64,000 nucleotides of DNA, taken from contig JARVGJ010000004.1 of the NCBI GenBank assembly GCA_029762595.1, positions 8,205-72,204 on the forward strand. Reading direction: 5' to 3'. Position numbers and translations under genes: made by a program. The notes beneath the pieces were generated by a model that did not search any database, was not told the origin of the DNA, and saw only the letters and a list, made by a program, of their open reading frames with translations. Below, in pieces: positions 47,265-57,510 of this stretch (the first letter of the stretch is position 1; each line of letters opens with the position of its first letter). Source of the DNA: Methanolobus sp. (GTDB lineage Archaea; Halobacteriota; Methanosarcinia; Methanosarcinales; Methanosarcinaceae).

Positions 47265-48763
47265 CGCACTCCTCTTTCCACAAGTTCCTTCTCTATGCAT
47301 TTGACGACAGTATCCAATATCTTGATCCTTGCATAATATTTATCGTTTGACCCTACAATGGTCCATGGTGCCCATGAAGTACTGGTCTTCTGGAGCATCT
47401 CATCGGCAGCACTCATATAAAGGTCCCATTTCTCCCTGTTGCGCCAGTCATCGGATGTGATCTTCCATTGCTTATGGGGAGTGTCCTCCCTTTGTTTGAA
47501 CCGGTTCAGTTGTTCTTCCTTGTCCATGTGCATCCAGAACTTTATGACAATCGTGCCGTAATTTGTCAATACCTCCTCAAATTCGTTTATTTCCCTGTAG
47601 GCACGCTTCCATTCCTGGATGCTACAAAGACCCTCCACACGTTCTACAAGCACCCTGCCATACCAGCTCCTGTCATATATCCTTATATGACCTGCTTCAG
47701 GGATCTCATTGTAGAATCGCCAGAGATAATGATGTGAAAGCTCTGTTGTTGTGGGCACCCCTACAGGAATTACCTGATACAGCCGGGGATTGAGTTTCTG
47801 AACGAGCCTTCTTATACTACCGCCCTTTCCGGAGGCGTCCCATCCTTCAAATACAATGATCAAAGGTATGCGGTGCTTAAAAAGCTCATATTGAAGTGAT
47901 GACAACTTTTTAAGATATTTCTTCTTCTCTTTTTTGTATTCCTTATGTGTGATACTCTTGTCAAGGTCTGTACTTTGAAGAATGGAAGAATCTATATTAG
48001 GAACGATGCAATCTTCATTGTTGTTGTTTTGTCCTTTAGATACCTCTTTCCCGATATCCTCGATTTTGTTCTCAATTGACTGGACCACTTTTGCGATGAT
48101 CTTTACAGTTGCAAAGTTCAGGTCATCAGATTCCACTATAGTCCACGGAGCGTAACTTCTGTCAGTCCTTTCCAGAATGTTTTCGATCACAGGCAGGTAC
48201 ATACCATAATCATTCAGGTATTCCTGCTCCTCTTCTTCCACTATAAAAAGAGGTATTTCCTGTTTCTTCAGCTTTCTGTATCTTTTTTCCTGTTCTTCTT
48301 TGCTTACATGAAGGAAGAATTTCACTATAAGATATCCCTCATCTGCCAATTGCCTTTCAAAATATGTGATTTCATTGAGACATGTGGGCATCTCACTGCC
48401 TGGTTTACACTTTCCGTCATGCTCGATAATGACCCTGCGATACCAGCTTCTGTCAAAAATTGCAATCCTGCCCTTCTTTGGTATCCTCGTCCAGAATCGC
48501 CACAATAATGGTTTTTGTTCCTCCTGGTAACAGGGCTTTCCAGTTGTGTAAAAATCAAACCCCATGGGATTGAGTGTCAGTATGAAACGGTTGATAATAT
48601 CAGTCATTCCTGATGCATGCCATCCTTCAAAGACGATAATGACAGGTATATCCATTTTCCATGCTTTTCTCTGCAACTCCCCAATCCGTATCTTCAGATC
48701 TTCGATTAATTTAACATATTCATCTTTACTGATACTTTTTGAAAGATCCACATTTTCAAGCAT
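47261..48763 (-). CDS. ppk2: Two-domain polyphosphate kinase 2 (PAP-like, polyP:AMP/NMP phosphotransferase type)
   Basis: Two PPK2 repeats. The N-terminal repeat has a degenerate Walker A (VFEGWHASGMTD), and the C-terminal repeat has an intact one (VFEGWDASGKGGSIRRL). Confidence 0.9.
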   Translation of the reverse strand: MLENVDLSKSISKDEYVKLIEDLKIRIGELQRKAWKMDIPVIIVFEGWHASGMTDIINRFILTLNPMGFDFYTTGKPCYQEEQKPLLWRFWTRIPKKGRIAIFDRSWYRRVIIEHDGKCKPGSEMPTCLNEITYFERQLADEGYLIVKFFLHVSKEEQEKRYRKLKKQEIPLFIVEEEEQEYLNDYGMYLPVIENILERTDRSYAPWTIVESDDLNFATVKIIAKVVQSIENKIEDIGKEVSKGQNNNNEDCIVPNIDSSILQSTDLDKSITHKEYKKEKKKYLKKLSSLQYELFKHRIPLIIVFEGWDASGKGGSIRRLVQKLNPRLYQVIPVGVPTTTELSHHYLWRFYNEIPEAGHIRIYDRSWYGRVLVERVEGLCSIQEWKRAYREINEFEEVLTNYGTIVIKFWMHMDKEEQLNRFKQREDTPHKQWKITSDDWRNREKWDLYMSAADEMLQKTSTSWAPWTIVGSNDKYYARIKILDTVVKCIEKELVERGVR

Positions 48764-48812
48764 TGTTATCGATTAAGATACTACAAATTTGTATATATAG
48801 TTATAGAGAAAA

Positions 48813-50108
48813 TCATAGGAAGTGTGCCCTTATATAATAACTCCATATTATCATTGCAATAGTTCCCGATACCACGATTATCATAAATGAAAAGAAGGAT
48901 ATCCTGAATAATTCAGCTGAACCGGTTATTTTGATGTATAAGGGCTTGCTTATAGTGCTCACAAGCCCTGCAAGGATAGCTGTTTCAGCAGCTACGTGCG
49001 GCGAAAGGTTTCCTGTGAATGCAAGTGCTGCTACTGAAGCAGTAACTGCAGAGCTGCTGACTACTCCACCAATGGCTATCGCATAGGCACCACCATCTCC
49101 TGCATATTCGTTTGCGAAGTTGGCAATTATCAGCAGTACAGTAAAAATTGCACCAAACTTGAATGCCGGGCCAAGGGCAAAAGGCGACCCTATATCGATA
49201 CTCTCCTCCAGGTTCAGTGTATTCTTCCATTTCATGGCAACGAATATAATAGCTATCACACCCATAACTATAAAAGGTGGGGCCATCAGTGACGCTGTCT
49301 TGCCACTAGGGTCGGCTATCAATGCTATTATGATATTACTTATTATCATCGATATCACAGAAAGTATTGCGCCTATGAGGATGGAATCCTTTAGTATCGG
49401 TCTTTTTATTGATATATTCGAAAGTGCAGCTATTGTAGCTTCACTGCTAATGAAACCACCAAATAGACCTGAATACGGTATACCACCATGAGAGCCCATT
49501 TTCCTGAGGGACAGGTAACTTACAAAGCTGATGAAGGACACCAATACCACTATCATTATCGATGATTTGAGATTAATGATACCATAGATGGGTTCTTCGG
49601 GAACTATCGGATAAAGTATAAAGGCAACTGCAAGGAATTTAAGGGCGCTGCCGATATCACCTTCAGAAAGATTCTCCGCAAAGGAATGCAAAGGCTTTTT
49701 TTCTATTAGAAGGAAGGTCAGCAGGAGTGCGGTCACAATGGCTATCATGTAAAATCCCAGTGCAACGACAATACCTAATAGGTAGGTACAGAATAATGCT
49801 ACTGAAGTTGTAAGCCCTGATTTGCCTTTGAGGATATTGAGCATGTATATCAAAGATGCCGACGCAAAGATAACAAGCAGGCTCGTAAGAATGATTATCC
49901 ACATGCCAAGGTTATCTGCAAGGAACATGGCAAGAGTACCTGTGATACAGGTGATGGAAAAAGTCCTGACCCCGGCAAATATCTTTTTGTCCGCCCGCCA
50001 GTGCTCCCTTTCCAGACCCACAAGTATCCCTATCATCAGTGAAAGGAATATCTTCCCAAGAATATCCATGGATACGGGGTCGATGCCCCACTGGATCGTC
50101 TGCATCAT
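48813..50108 (-). CDS. MgtC/SapB-family N-terminal domain plus DUF4010-type polytopic membrane protein
   Basis: IGILVGLEREHWRADKKIFAGVRTFSI (MgtC-type GLERE motif) followed by about 10 further TM helices. Confidence 0.7.
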   Translation of the reverse strand: MMQTIQWGIDPVSMDILGKIFLSLMIGILVGLEREHWRADKKIFAGVRTFSITCITGTLAMFLADNLGMWIIILTSLLVIFASASLIYMLNILKGKSGLTTSVALFCTYLLGIVVALGFYMIAIVTALLLTFLLIEKKPLHSFAENLSEGDIGSALKFLAVAFILYPIVPEEPIYGIINLKSSIMIVVLVSFISFVSYLSLRKMGSHGGIPYSGLFGGFISSEATIAALSNISIKRPILKDSILIGAILSVISMIISNIIIALIADPSGKTASLMAPPFIVMGVIAIIFVAMKWKNTLNLEESIDIGSPFALGPAFKFGAIFTVLLIIANFANEYAGDGGAYAIAIGGVVSSSAVTASVAALAFTGNLSPHVAAETAILAGLVSTISKPLYIKITGSAELFRISFFSFMIIVVSGTIAMIIWSYYIRAHFL

Positions 50109-50297
50109 GTGTCACCTTCTTTTATACAATAATTACCATTGTCACATAAAAATAAAGGTGATGATTCTGGCAACAATTTATAATTAAATATATTTCAGCA
50201 CTTTGTAGTATATATCTTTACTGGACATATAAAGGACAAAACATTGAGATAAATCTATATGCTGACTCGAACATAATAATCATAGGGGAGGATTAAA

Positions 50298-50660
50298 ATG
50301 AAGCCTAACATAGAAGCAACAGAATTTGGAAGTATAAATGTAGAGGGGATAACATTTGAAAAGGATATCATAATAAGACTTGATGGAGATATATCAAAAC
50401 GTAAGAAGAAGCTATCCAAGAAGATCTACGGCACATCTCACAAGATATCCGTAGGAGAAGCAAAACATGTCTATCAAAAAGGAGCTGAAAAACTCATCAT
50501 CGGCTCCGGCCATGAAGGAATGGTGAAGCTTTCCAAAAAGGCAGATGCATATTTCAGGAAAAAGGATTGTGATGTGGAACTTCTGCCAACACCTGAAGCA
50601 ATCAAGAAATGGAATGAGATCGAAGGAAAGATAATCGGACTCTTTCACCTGACATGCTGA
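50298..50660 (+). CDS. Mth938-domain (DUF498) protein
   Basis: 120 aa ending in ...GKIIGLFHLTC, with LIIGSGHEGMVKL in the middle; this is the characteristic Mth938 layout. Confidence 0.7.
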   Translation: MKPNIEATEFGSINVEGITFEKDIIIRLDGDISKRKKKLSKKIYGTSHKISVGEAKHVYQKGAEKLIIGSGHEGMVKLSKKADAYFRKKDCDVELLPTPEAIKKWNEIEGKIIGLFHLTC

Positions 50661-50974
50661 GGATTCCATCAGGAAAATACAAGAGGAAGATTAAAAAAAG
50701 TAATAATGAGAAATGAAGAAGGGATATGAAAAAGCTTTCAAAAGAATAATTGCTTTCCTTGAAAATTCCCTGAATAATTAATTCATGCTCATTAAAAAAA
50801 AGCATATTTTTCAGACCATACCTATCTGGTTCAAGGAAGGATTTCTTTTTCTCAGCAATATCCATTGAAGATATGTATTTTGAATGACTTCCTTCTTGAT
50901 CATAATAAAAGTACTTTCAAGTATCTAATACATTGAGCCGATAATCAGGTTAAAATTCAATCGACAAGTAAATT

Positions 50975-52594
50975 TTATGATTTACCGTCCTTATTTTTTT
51001 TAGATGGCAGGGTTTCCCATTCCTTGATTCTTGAGAGAAGCTCTGTTGGCCTTTCAATCTTTATTTTGACCTTTCCTTCATATATATAACCGGTGTTGCC
51101 ATCAATACTGATAGTATCGCCTTCAAACAGCTGTTGATTATCAATAATGCATTTTCCAGCATCAATATCTATATTGATATCTGTGCAGTTGACAATGCAT
51201 ACCTTACCCATCTGACGGGCAACAACTGCTGCATGTGCAGTCCTTGCACCCTTTGCAGTCAGATAGCCGACAGATGCCCTGATTCCTTTAATATCCTCAG
51301 AAGATGGGCTGTTTCTTATGAGTATCACATGTCCGTCTTTTGAGAAAAGTTCTGCCTTAGCATTTGACAGAGCTATCCTTCCACATGTGATACCTGATGA
51401 TGCGGAATCGCCTCTGCCTATTATATTATTATTTGAGACTATTTCCTGAGTAACAATGTTGTTCAGATCTATAGTTTTAAGTCTTTCAAGAGCTGTTTCA
51501 GAATCGATAATTCCTTCGTCAAACATATCTGATGCTATTCTGAGGGCTGCAAATGGTGCTCTTTTGCCATCTCTGCTTTGCAGTATGTAAATTTTTCCCT
51601 GTTGAACTGTAAATTCTATGTCTTGCATATCCCGGTAGTGTGTCTCAAGTAATTTGCTTAGATAGACAAGGTCTTTGTGAATATCCGGCAAAACCTCGAT
51701 CAAATTCATTCTCTTTGTACCTGCCCGGTATCCTGAAACGAGGTCTTCTCCCTGGACACAGAACTTAAAATCTATAACACAGCTATTTTCTCCCGACCAC
51801 GGATTACGTGTGAAAAGGATACCTGACCCGGAATTCATATCGCTGTTACCAAATACCATAGTCTGTATTGTCACTGCTGTTCCCCGGGCCTTTTCATGAA
51901 ATTCCATCCTGCGGAATTCCTGTGCTTTAGGACTCATCCAGGAATCAAGCACTCCAATTACAGCCAGTTCGAGCTGTTCATAAACATTATCAGGAAATCT
52001 TTTTCCACTAATATCCAGGAATAAATCTTCATAATTCCTTATAAGTTCTTTTATGGAAAAAGAGTCAAGCTCACTTTCTTCGAAGATTCCTTCTTTCAAC
52101 TTTATGTCCTCAAGAAAAGAAAAATAATCATCAATATTATGAGAAAAAACAGTCTTTGCAAAACTTTCAAATAGCCTCCTGTAACAATCCCATGCAAACC
52201 GTGGGTTACCTGTCTGGAATATCAGACCTTTTAGAGTGTCCTGGTTCAGTCCAACATTAAGCACTGTTTCCATAGCACCCGGCATTGAGATTGCCGAACC
52301 GGATCTCACGGAAACAAGCAATGGTTTACGTTCGTTTCCAAAGATGTTTCCTGTTGCCTTTTCAAGAAAAGAGATACCGTTCTTTAGCAAATCAGGAACA
52401 TACGGAGGCATTTCCCTGGAGTTCCTGAAATAATCTACACATATAGAAATATTCAAAACAAAACCAGGAGGGACCGGTATACCCAAAGATGCCATCTCAG
52501 CAAGGTTAGATGCTTTCCTGCCAAATTCTTCTACTGGTGCATCTGTCCTGTATATGTGACCAAACGTGATCATTCTGCCAGTATCATCCGACAT
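50975..52594 (-). CDS. Truncated PPDK/PEP synthase-like dikinase: ATP-grasp nucleotide domain plus phosphohistidine swivel domain, no acceptor (TIM-barrel) domain
   Basis: GRKASNLAEMASLGIPVPPGF and VSVRSGSAISMPGAMETVLNVG (PPDK_N). Swivel motif GYLTAKGARTAHAAVVARQMGKVCIV with the catalytic His. The protein ends about 70 aa later. Start is taken at ATG 52594 (TAATG overlap with the upstream stop); the track uses GTG 52609. Confidence 0.8.
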   Translation of the reverse strand: MSDDTGRMITFGHIYRTDAPVEEFGRKASNLAEMASLGIPVPPGFVLNISICVDYFRNSREMPPYVPDLLKNGISFLEKATGNIFGNERKPLLVSVRSGSAISMPGAMETVLNVGLNQDTLKGLIFQTGNPRFAWDCYRRLFESFAKTVFSHNIDDYFSFLEDIKLKEGIFEESELDSFSIKELIRNYEDLFLDISGKRFPDNVYEQLELAVIGVLDSWMSPKAQEFRRMEFHEKARGTAVTIQTMVFGNSDMNSGSGILFTRNPWSGENSCVIDFKFCVQGEDLVSGYRAGTKRMNLIEVLPDIHKDLVYLSKLLETHYRDMQDIEFTVQQGKIYILQSRDGKRAPFAALRIASDMFDEGIIDSETALERLKTIDLNNIVTQEIVSNNNIIGRGDSASSGITCGRIALSNAKAELFSKDGHVILIRNSPSSEDIKGIRASVGYLTAKGARTAHAAVVARQMGKVCIVNCTDINIDIDAGKCIIDNQQLFEGDTISIDGNTGYIYEGKVKIKIERPTELLSRIKEWETLPSKKNKDGKS

Positions 52595-54531
52595 TATCTT
52601 GTACCCCACATATTGAGACTTTCAAAAACATTGTCCCTTATCGTAAAAGAGGCTTTCATTAATGAGTTTGTGGCCTCTTCCAGATTTGCAGCTATCTCTG
52701 TGGCAACATGGAACTCCCTGTAGTCTGCACTCTCTTTCAGAATTGTGATGTGTGCTTTTCGCAAAGCATCATCACACTTTTCTTCCATATCGAATATCAG
52801 ATTTACTGATTTCAGGAATAACTGCATTTCATCCTGAGTAAAACCATGGGTCACATACTGTGATGCATACAGAGCTTTCAGGAACTCCTGACTTCCCTTT
52901 AATGATAATTCAGCTATTGAGCTCAGGCACCTGAAAATATTCGGGGATTTTATAGTATCACATGCAACAGTTGTCATGAAAGCAGCTTCCTCAAAGTAGT
53001 CTACAACATCATCTGCAATCATTATCAGAGTTGAGAAAAATTCTGCAACCTCTATCCTGCCAGATAGAGATCTGACCCTATTTACAACATCATCGGCTTG
53101 TTTTTCCCATTTTTTAGCTCTTAATGCATTTCTTTTGACAAGGCCTTCATCTACTCCGTGCCTTATGTTCAAAAGAGTATCATTGACCGTGATTGCCATC
53201 TCCACCATTAAGGATGCGTGTTCAGAGCAGAGGTCCATAAGATCCTCATGTGCAGAATGGAAATAACGGAGAAGTTCGGCTTTTATCTCATCCTTTATGA
53301 ACAACTGACTCTGTTTTTCCAACAGGCCGGTAGCAGATCTGTCCAGGACAAATGTGAAAAAATCTATTGTCTTTTCACTTCCAATTATCTGGTACAATGG
53401 TTCACCATATCTCATTGGGACTCGGGATGCAACTTCCAATGAATCAAAAACAAGCTGTTTTCCACCAAGGACCAGAAAACCCCTGTGGCCTTTTTCATGG
53501 TCTGCAGCCCACTTGAGTAACTGGATACAATATCTGTTCCTCATGAAATTACGTAATTGCTTGCGTGCCCTGTTCCAGTCAATAAGAAAAACAATCCTTG
53601 ACCCAAGATATTCAAGGAAAAAACTCAATTTATCCGGGTCCTGAGCAGAATATTTTCCTGAGGAAAGATGATAAATATTATCCTCAAATCTGCTAACCCC
53701 ACTTTTAGATAAAGTATCATTCCATTCCACTCCGTATGAATCAAAGAGACTCTGGAAAAAAAGCACCCGGGACAAGTGGACATCAGTATAGGTTATTGAG
53801 ACCTCTTTTTCCTGAACATTTATTACCAGAACATGAGCATCTGTTTCTCCTATATCGTTTTGTATCATTAGTTTCTGACCACTGCGTGTAGCCGTTGTTC
53901 CCAGGCCAGGGTGACCGAACTTTAGAGGTGCAGTTCTATTCAATCCTTTCATGAAAGCTTTTACAAGGAACTTATCATTTTCAGTTAGCATGTATGTGTT
54001 TGCACCATCTATTATCTCTCCGGATATCGTTTCCTGTAATTTATTAAGGGATTTGTGTATGTCCATTACAAGTATATGCAGACTATCTCCGTGTTCCCGG
54101 TCTCCAGACGTAATCCTTGCTATGTCATCTTCCGAAATAACGTTTGAAACGGGTTCAGGAAGGAACGTGGAGAGTTCATAGAATCTATTGGTAAAAACCT
54201 CTTCTTCACCTTCACCTGAAATGGCAAAAGGAAGGATTATTTCTTCGATACAATTGCAAATTGAACCGATTATCCTACCTGATTGAGGAATCATAAAAGT
54301 ACCATTATGAAGTTTAGTAGAAGATGAAACAATATTATCCAGTTCAGCATCTTTTTCTCCGGTTGTGATCCTTTCGATACTCAGGTCAGGAAACTCCAGA
54401 TACGGATGCTCTGCTCTTGCCTTTGCGGTTTGAAGTAAGGTAAAGTAATATTTGACCCTGTCATTCGCAAGTAATGCAGCGTTGACGTGACTTGGCAGAA
54501 GCAGCTCATCTTCACCAAGCTCTTGTATCAT
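52594..54531 (-). CDS. Large hypothetical protein with a C-terminal DUF47/PhoU-like helical module
   Basis: 645 aa. The C-terminal third (ALRAKKWEKQADDVVNRVRSLSG...IADDVVDYFEEAAF...MEEKCDDALRKAH...EEATNSLMKA) follows the repeated E-x-x-x-D helical pattern of DUF47/PhoU. The N-terminal 400 aa were not recognised. Confidence 0.7.
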   Translation of the reverse strand: MIQELGEDELLLPSHVNAALLANDRVKYYFTLLQTAKARAEHPYLEFPDLSIERITTGEKDAELDNIVSSSTKLHNGTFMIPQSGRIIGSICNCIEEIILPFAISGEGEEEVFTNRFYELSTFLPEPVSNVISEDDIARITSGDREHGDSLHILVMDIHKSLNKLQETISGEIIDGANTYMLTENDKFLVKAFMKGLNRTAPLKFGHPGLGTTATRSGQKLMIQNDIGETDAHVLVINVQEKEVSITYTDVHLSRVLFFQSLFDSYGVEWNDTLSKSGVSRFEDNIYHLSSGKYSAQDPDKLSFFLEYLGSRIVFLIDWNRARKQLRNFMRNRYCIQLLKWAADHEKGHRGFLVLGGKQLVFDSLEVASRVPMRYGEPLYQIIGSEKTIDFFTFVLDRSATGLLEKQSQLFIKDEIKAELLRYFHSAHEDLMDLCSEHASLMVEMAITVNDTLLNIRHGVDEGLVKRNALRAKKWEKQADDVVNRVRSLSGRIEVAEFFSTLIMIADDVVDYFEEAAFMTTVACDTIKSPNIFRCLSSIAELSLKGSQEFLKALYASQYVTHGFTQDEMQLFLKSVNLIFDMEEKCDDALRKAHITILKESADYREFHVATEIAANLEEATNSLMKASFTIRDNVFESLNMWGTR

Positions 54532-54970
54532 TGATTTCTTGTTTATCGTTCTTGCTCCCCCATGCTTAAAGCACCCATTTCTAAAAATCCGTTAATTGAT
54601 GCAACTAAGCGATGTAATGAATTGTAAAAAACCGATCCTTGTTTGACATATAGGCTCTTTTACTGCCATTCGGATCTAAAATCGTTTCTAGAAAAGAACC
54701 TTCCCTGTTCATAAGACAATTTTGCCCCGAACTATAATTGATGTCCCCATTTAGACTTATATCTTAATAGAATATAGCTTTTGTCTATATAGAAAAGTAC
54801 CAGGATTCTCACTCATACGTAAATAAATCGGCCTACTTCGCATATCTGAAACCTATTGTATCGTGGTTTCAAAACACATGGTTTGTGAAAGATTAAAGAT
54901 ATTTATGCAAAAATATTTGACTATATACTTTTATACTTGCTTCACCCATTATTAATGAGAGGACTGGAAT

Positions 54971-55312
54971 ATGCCATGGGTCAATAAAAAGAAGTGTGTG
55001 TCGTGTAAGAAATGTGTAAAGAGATGTCCTGTGGATGCCATAGATATGGTAAAAGGTAAAGCTCTTATCACAGACGATAAATGTATCTACTGCGGAAAAT
55101 GTGTAAAGGTCTGTCCTGTTAAAGCCATACTTAAAGACAGGGATTTTGTGGAATTAAGAATCAGTGACAATCTTAAAGCATTAAAAGGTCCTCTTTCCAG
55201 GAACAAAGGCAAGAATGCAAGGAAAAGAATGATCAAAAGTCGTATCAGACAATTGAGGAATCAACAGAAGATCATTCGGGGAACCATACAGGAACTTAAA
55301 CAAATCAAATAA
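54971..55312 (+). CDS. 2x[4Fe-4S] ferredoxin-domain protein with a long Lys/Arg-rich C-terminal tail
   Basis: CVSCKKCVKRCP and CIYCGKCVKVCP motifs. The tail reads LSRNKGKNARKRMIKSRIRQLRNQQKIIRG. Confidence 0.8.
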   Translation: MPWVNKKKCVSCKKCVKRCPVDAIDMVKGKALITDDKCIYCGKCVKVCPVKAILKDRDFVELRISDNLKALKGPLSRNKGKNARKRMIKSRIRQLRNQQKIIRGTIQELKQIK

Positions 55313-55387
55313 AAGGTCACATCGGCCTGTACTTGCATCATTCATGACAAAATAGTCAGCAGGTGAGTTGCAGCCGGAGGAGAATCA

Positions 55388-57355
55388 GTGCCATCAGATA
55401 TTTTTTTGAGGAAATACTCGTTAATAGCATCTCTTAGCTTCCTTTTAGGCCTGGTATCATGCATGACAGGACTGCTGTTTGCCATGGTCAGCAGGCTCAG
55501 CCGCAGTTCTGATCCGGAGGTGATACTTGTTGTCTGCTCACTCCTTGGAGCCGGGATATTACTGATACTTGCCGGAATAAATATTGCAGGTATCCGCAGA
55601 AAACTTTCCGGGAACTATTCATTCATAGCAGCTCTGGTACTATCGGCCCTAGGACTAACTGTATTTACATTCTCCTTCCCAGGGAACTGGTTCTATCCAA
55701 GGGTATCATATGTGATAGTTTCATATTCATTGGGCATTTTCCTGCTATTGATAAATATATTTGTCAATTATTTCCTGTATACATCCAAAACCTCTTCGGG
55801 AAGGACAATTGATCCACATGAAAGTTTCACATGTACAGGTGCCAGCGACTCCACAAATGTGCCCGGGCAACATAACGATTGTTCAGTGCTTGCAACGTTT
55901 GCAGGCATATTGGTGACAAATATAACATCAATAGCATCAGCTTCATATGAACCATATTTTGTGGACAATGACAGTGATGAAAATGATATGTTTGTTGTTA
56001 TGGAAAATGAACCTGCACAAAGCAGGTTGCAGTCAGGAAATATGACCGATAATGGGAAGATCAAGGATCAGAATGATAAAATCGACGAAGGTATGGAAGA
56101 AAACATGGAAAACAGTACGGATAAAAACATAGACGAAACAGCAAATGAAAAAGAGGCTAGCAATGATGGGTACACCGAACCCACGGCTCTGGAGACCACA
56201 CAGTTTCCGGAAGTAGTGGACGTTGCGGTAACAGAAATAGACACACATTATGAAGAAAATGTCACTGAAGAGTGTGGTCTGTCACCGGAGTTAAAGGAAT
56301 ATGAAGACCTGACTACCTCTAAAACCGCAATACCTGTACCGTTCTCTGAGTTCAGAACAATGAAAAAGACCGATATCAGAGCAGACGATACAATGCGTGC
56401 TGCTGCACGTAAGATACTTATGTTCCATTTCGGGGCAATGATCGAGCATGAAAGGGGTACCAAAGTTGGCAAGGACATCGAAGAACTCCATGACATGCGG
56501 GTTGCTGCAATGCGGATGCGCTCAGCTGTAGAGGTACTGGAAGGCTATCTTGATATGGATGAGATGTCACCATATCGCAAGAACATCAAATCCGTAAGAA
56601 AGGTACTTGGTTCCGTGCGTGACCTTGATGTTTTCCTGGAGAAGATCGACCATTACCTTGCAGACCAGCCACCTGAAAGGAGGGCGCAGATGGACCCTCT
56701 GACAGATTCCATTTTAATAGAAAAGGCAAAGAACCGTGGTACTATGCTTGTGTACCTTGATGACTCAAAGTACAATAAATTCAAAAAGAACTTTGCTGAC
56801 TACCTCTTACATAAGAAGTCCTGGAAAATGCGGTCCGTTAAAAAGAATGGTGAGCCCGTCCCATACAAGGTAATGGATGTACTGCCAGTGCTTCTGTACA
56901 CGCAGTTTGCAGCTGTAAGAGCTTATGACAATGTGGTATCTGATGAGGCAATCGATGACCCCTCCCTTGAAAAGTATCATCAGTTGAGGATAGATGTTAA
57001 AATTTTGCGTTATACACTTGAATTCTTCCGTGAGGTACTTGGACCGGAATCAAAAGAACTCATAAAATATTTGAAAGCTTTACAGGACAATCTTGGGGAC
57101 ATGCATGATACAGTAGTTGCACTGGAGCTGCTTAAGAAATTTGAAGAACGTGGCAGCTGGGGTGAAAGCAGGAAAGAAGGAAAAAACATGTCCGGTGAAC
57201 TGCAAAAATATCCGGGTGTTGATGCTTATATTGAGTACAGGAAACAGGAACTTGAAAGCCTTCTTGAAACATTCCCTGATGTGTGGTCCAATGTAATTGA
57301 CCCGGATTTCAGCGTCAGTTTCTCAAAGGCCATATCAGGAATTTACACGTCCTGA
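55388..57355 (+). CDS. Membrane-anchored CHAD-domain protein (4 N-terminal TM helices, acidic linker, C-terminal CHAD)
   Basis: Hydrophobic N-terminal 130 aa. The D/E/N-rich linker reads DNDSDENDMF...EGMEENMENSTDKNIDETANEKE. CHAD motifs are LHDMRVAAMRMRSAVEV and YHQLRIDVKILRYTLEFF. GTG start. Confidence 0.85.
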   Translation: MPSDIFLRKYSLIASLSFLLGLVSCMTGLLFAMVSRLSRSSDPEVILVVCSLLGAGILLILAGINIAGIRRKLSGNYSFIAALVLSALGLTVFTFSFPGNWFYPRVSYVIVSYSLGIFLLLINIFVNYFLYTSKTSSGRTIDPHESFTCTGASDSTNVPGQHNDCSVLATFAGILVTNITSIASASYEPYFVDNDSDENDMFVVMENEPAQSRLQSGNMTDNGKIKDQNDKIDEGMEENMENSTDKNIDETANEKEASNDGYTEPTALETTQFPEVVDVAVTEIDTHYEENVTEECGLSPELKEYEDLTTSKTAIPVPFSEFRTMKKTDIRADDTMRAAARKILMFHFGAMIEHERGTKVGKDIEELHDMRVAAMRMRSAVEVLEGYLDMDEMSPYRKNIKSVRKVLGSVRDLDVFLEKIDHYLADQPPERRAQMDPLTDSILIEKAKNRGTMLVYLDDSKYNKFKKNFADYLLHKKSWKMRSVKKNGEPVPYKVMDVLPVLLYTQFAAVRAYDNVVSDEAIDDPSLEKYHQLRIDVKILRYTLEFFREVLGPESKELIKYLKALQDNLGDMHDTVVALELLKKFEERGSWGESRKEGKNMSGELQKYPGVDAYIEYRKQELESLLETFPDVWSNVIDPDFSVSFSKAISGIYTS

Positions 57356-57510
57356 AAGAGCCTTTAAAATTGTATCGATCATATGAGACTATGTTGCACT
57401 ATATATGACTATATATGAATCTATATGAAGTGTTATATAATAGGATAGCCTTACTTTTATCAAGATACGATACCATTTTGACGTTTTTTAGACTGAGGAA
57501 CATGAACTTT

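Noticed and set aside
50602-50865. 87-aa minus-strand ORF in the spacer after the Mth938 gene
   Set aside because: Its 3-prime part overlaps the Mth938 coding end antisense. The sequence is low-complexity (F/L/S-rich) with no RBS. A real micro-protein cannot be fully excluded.
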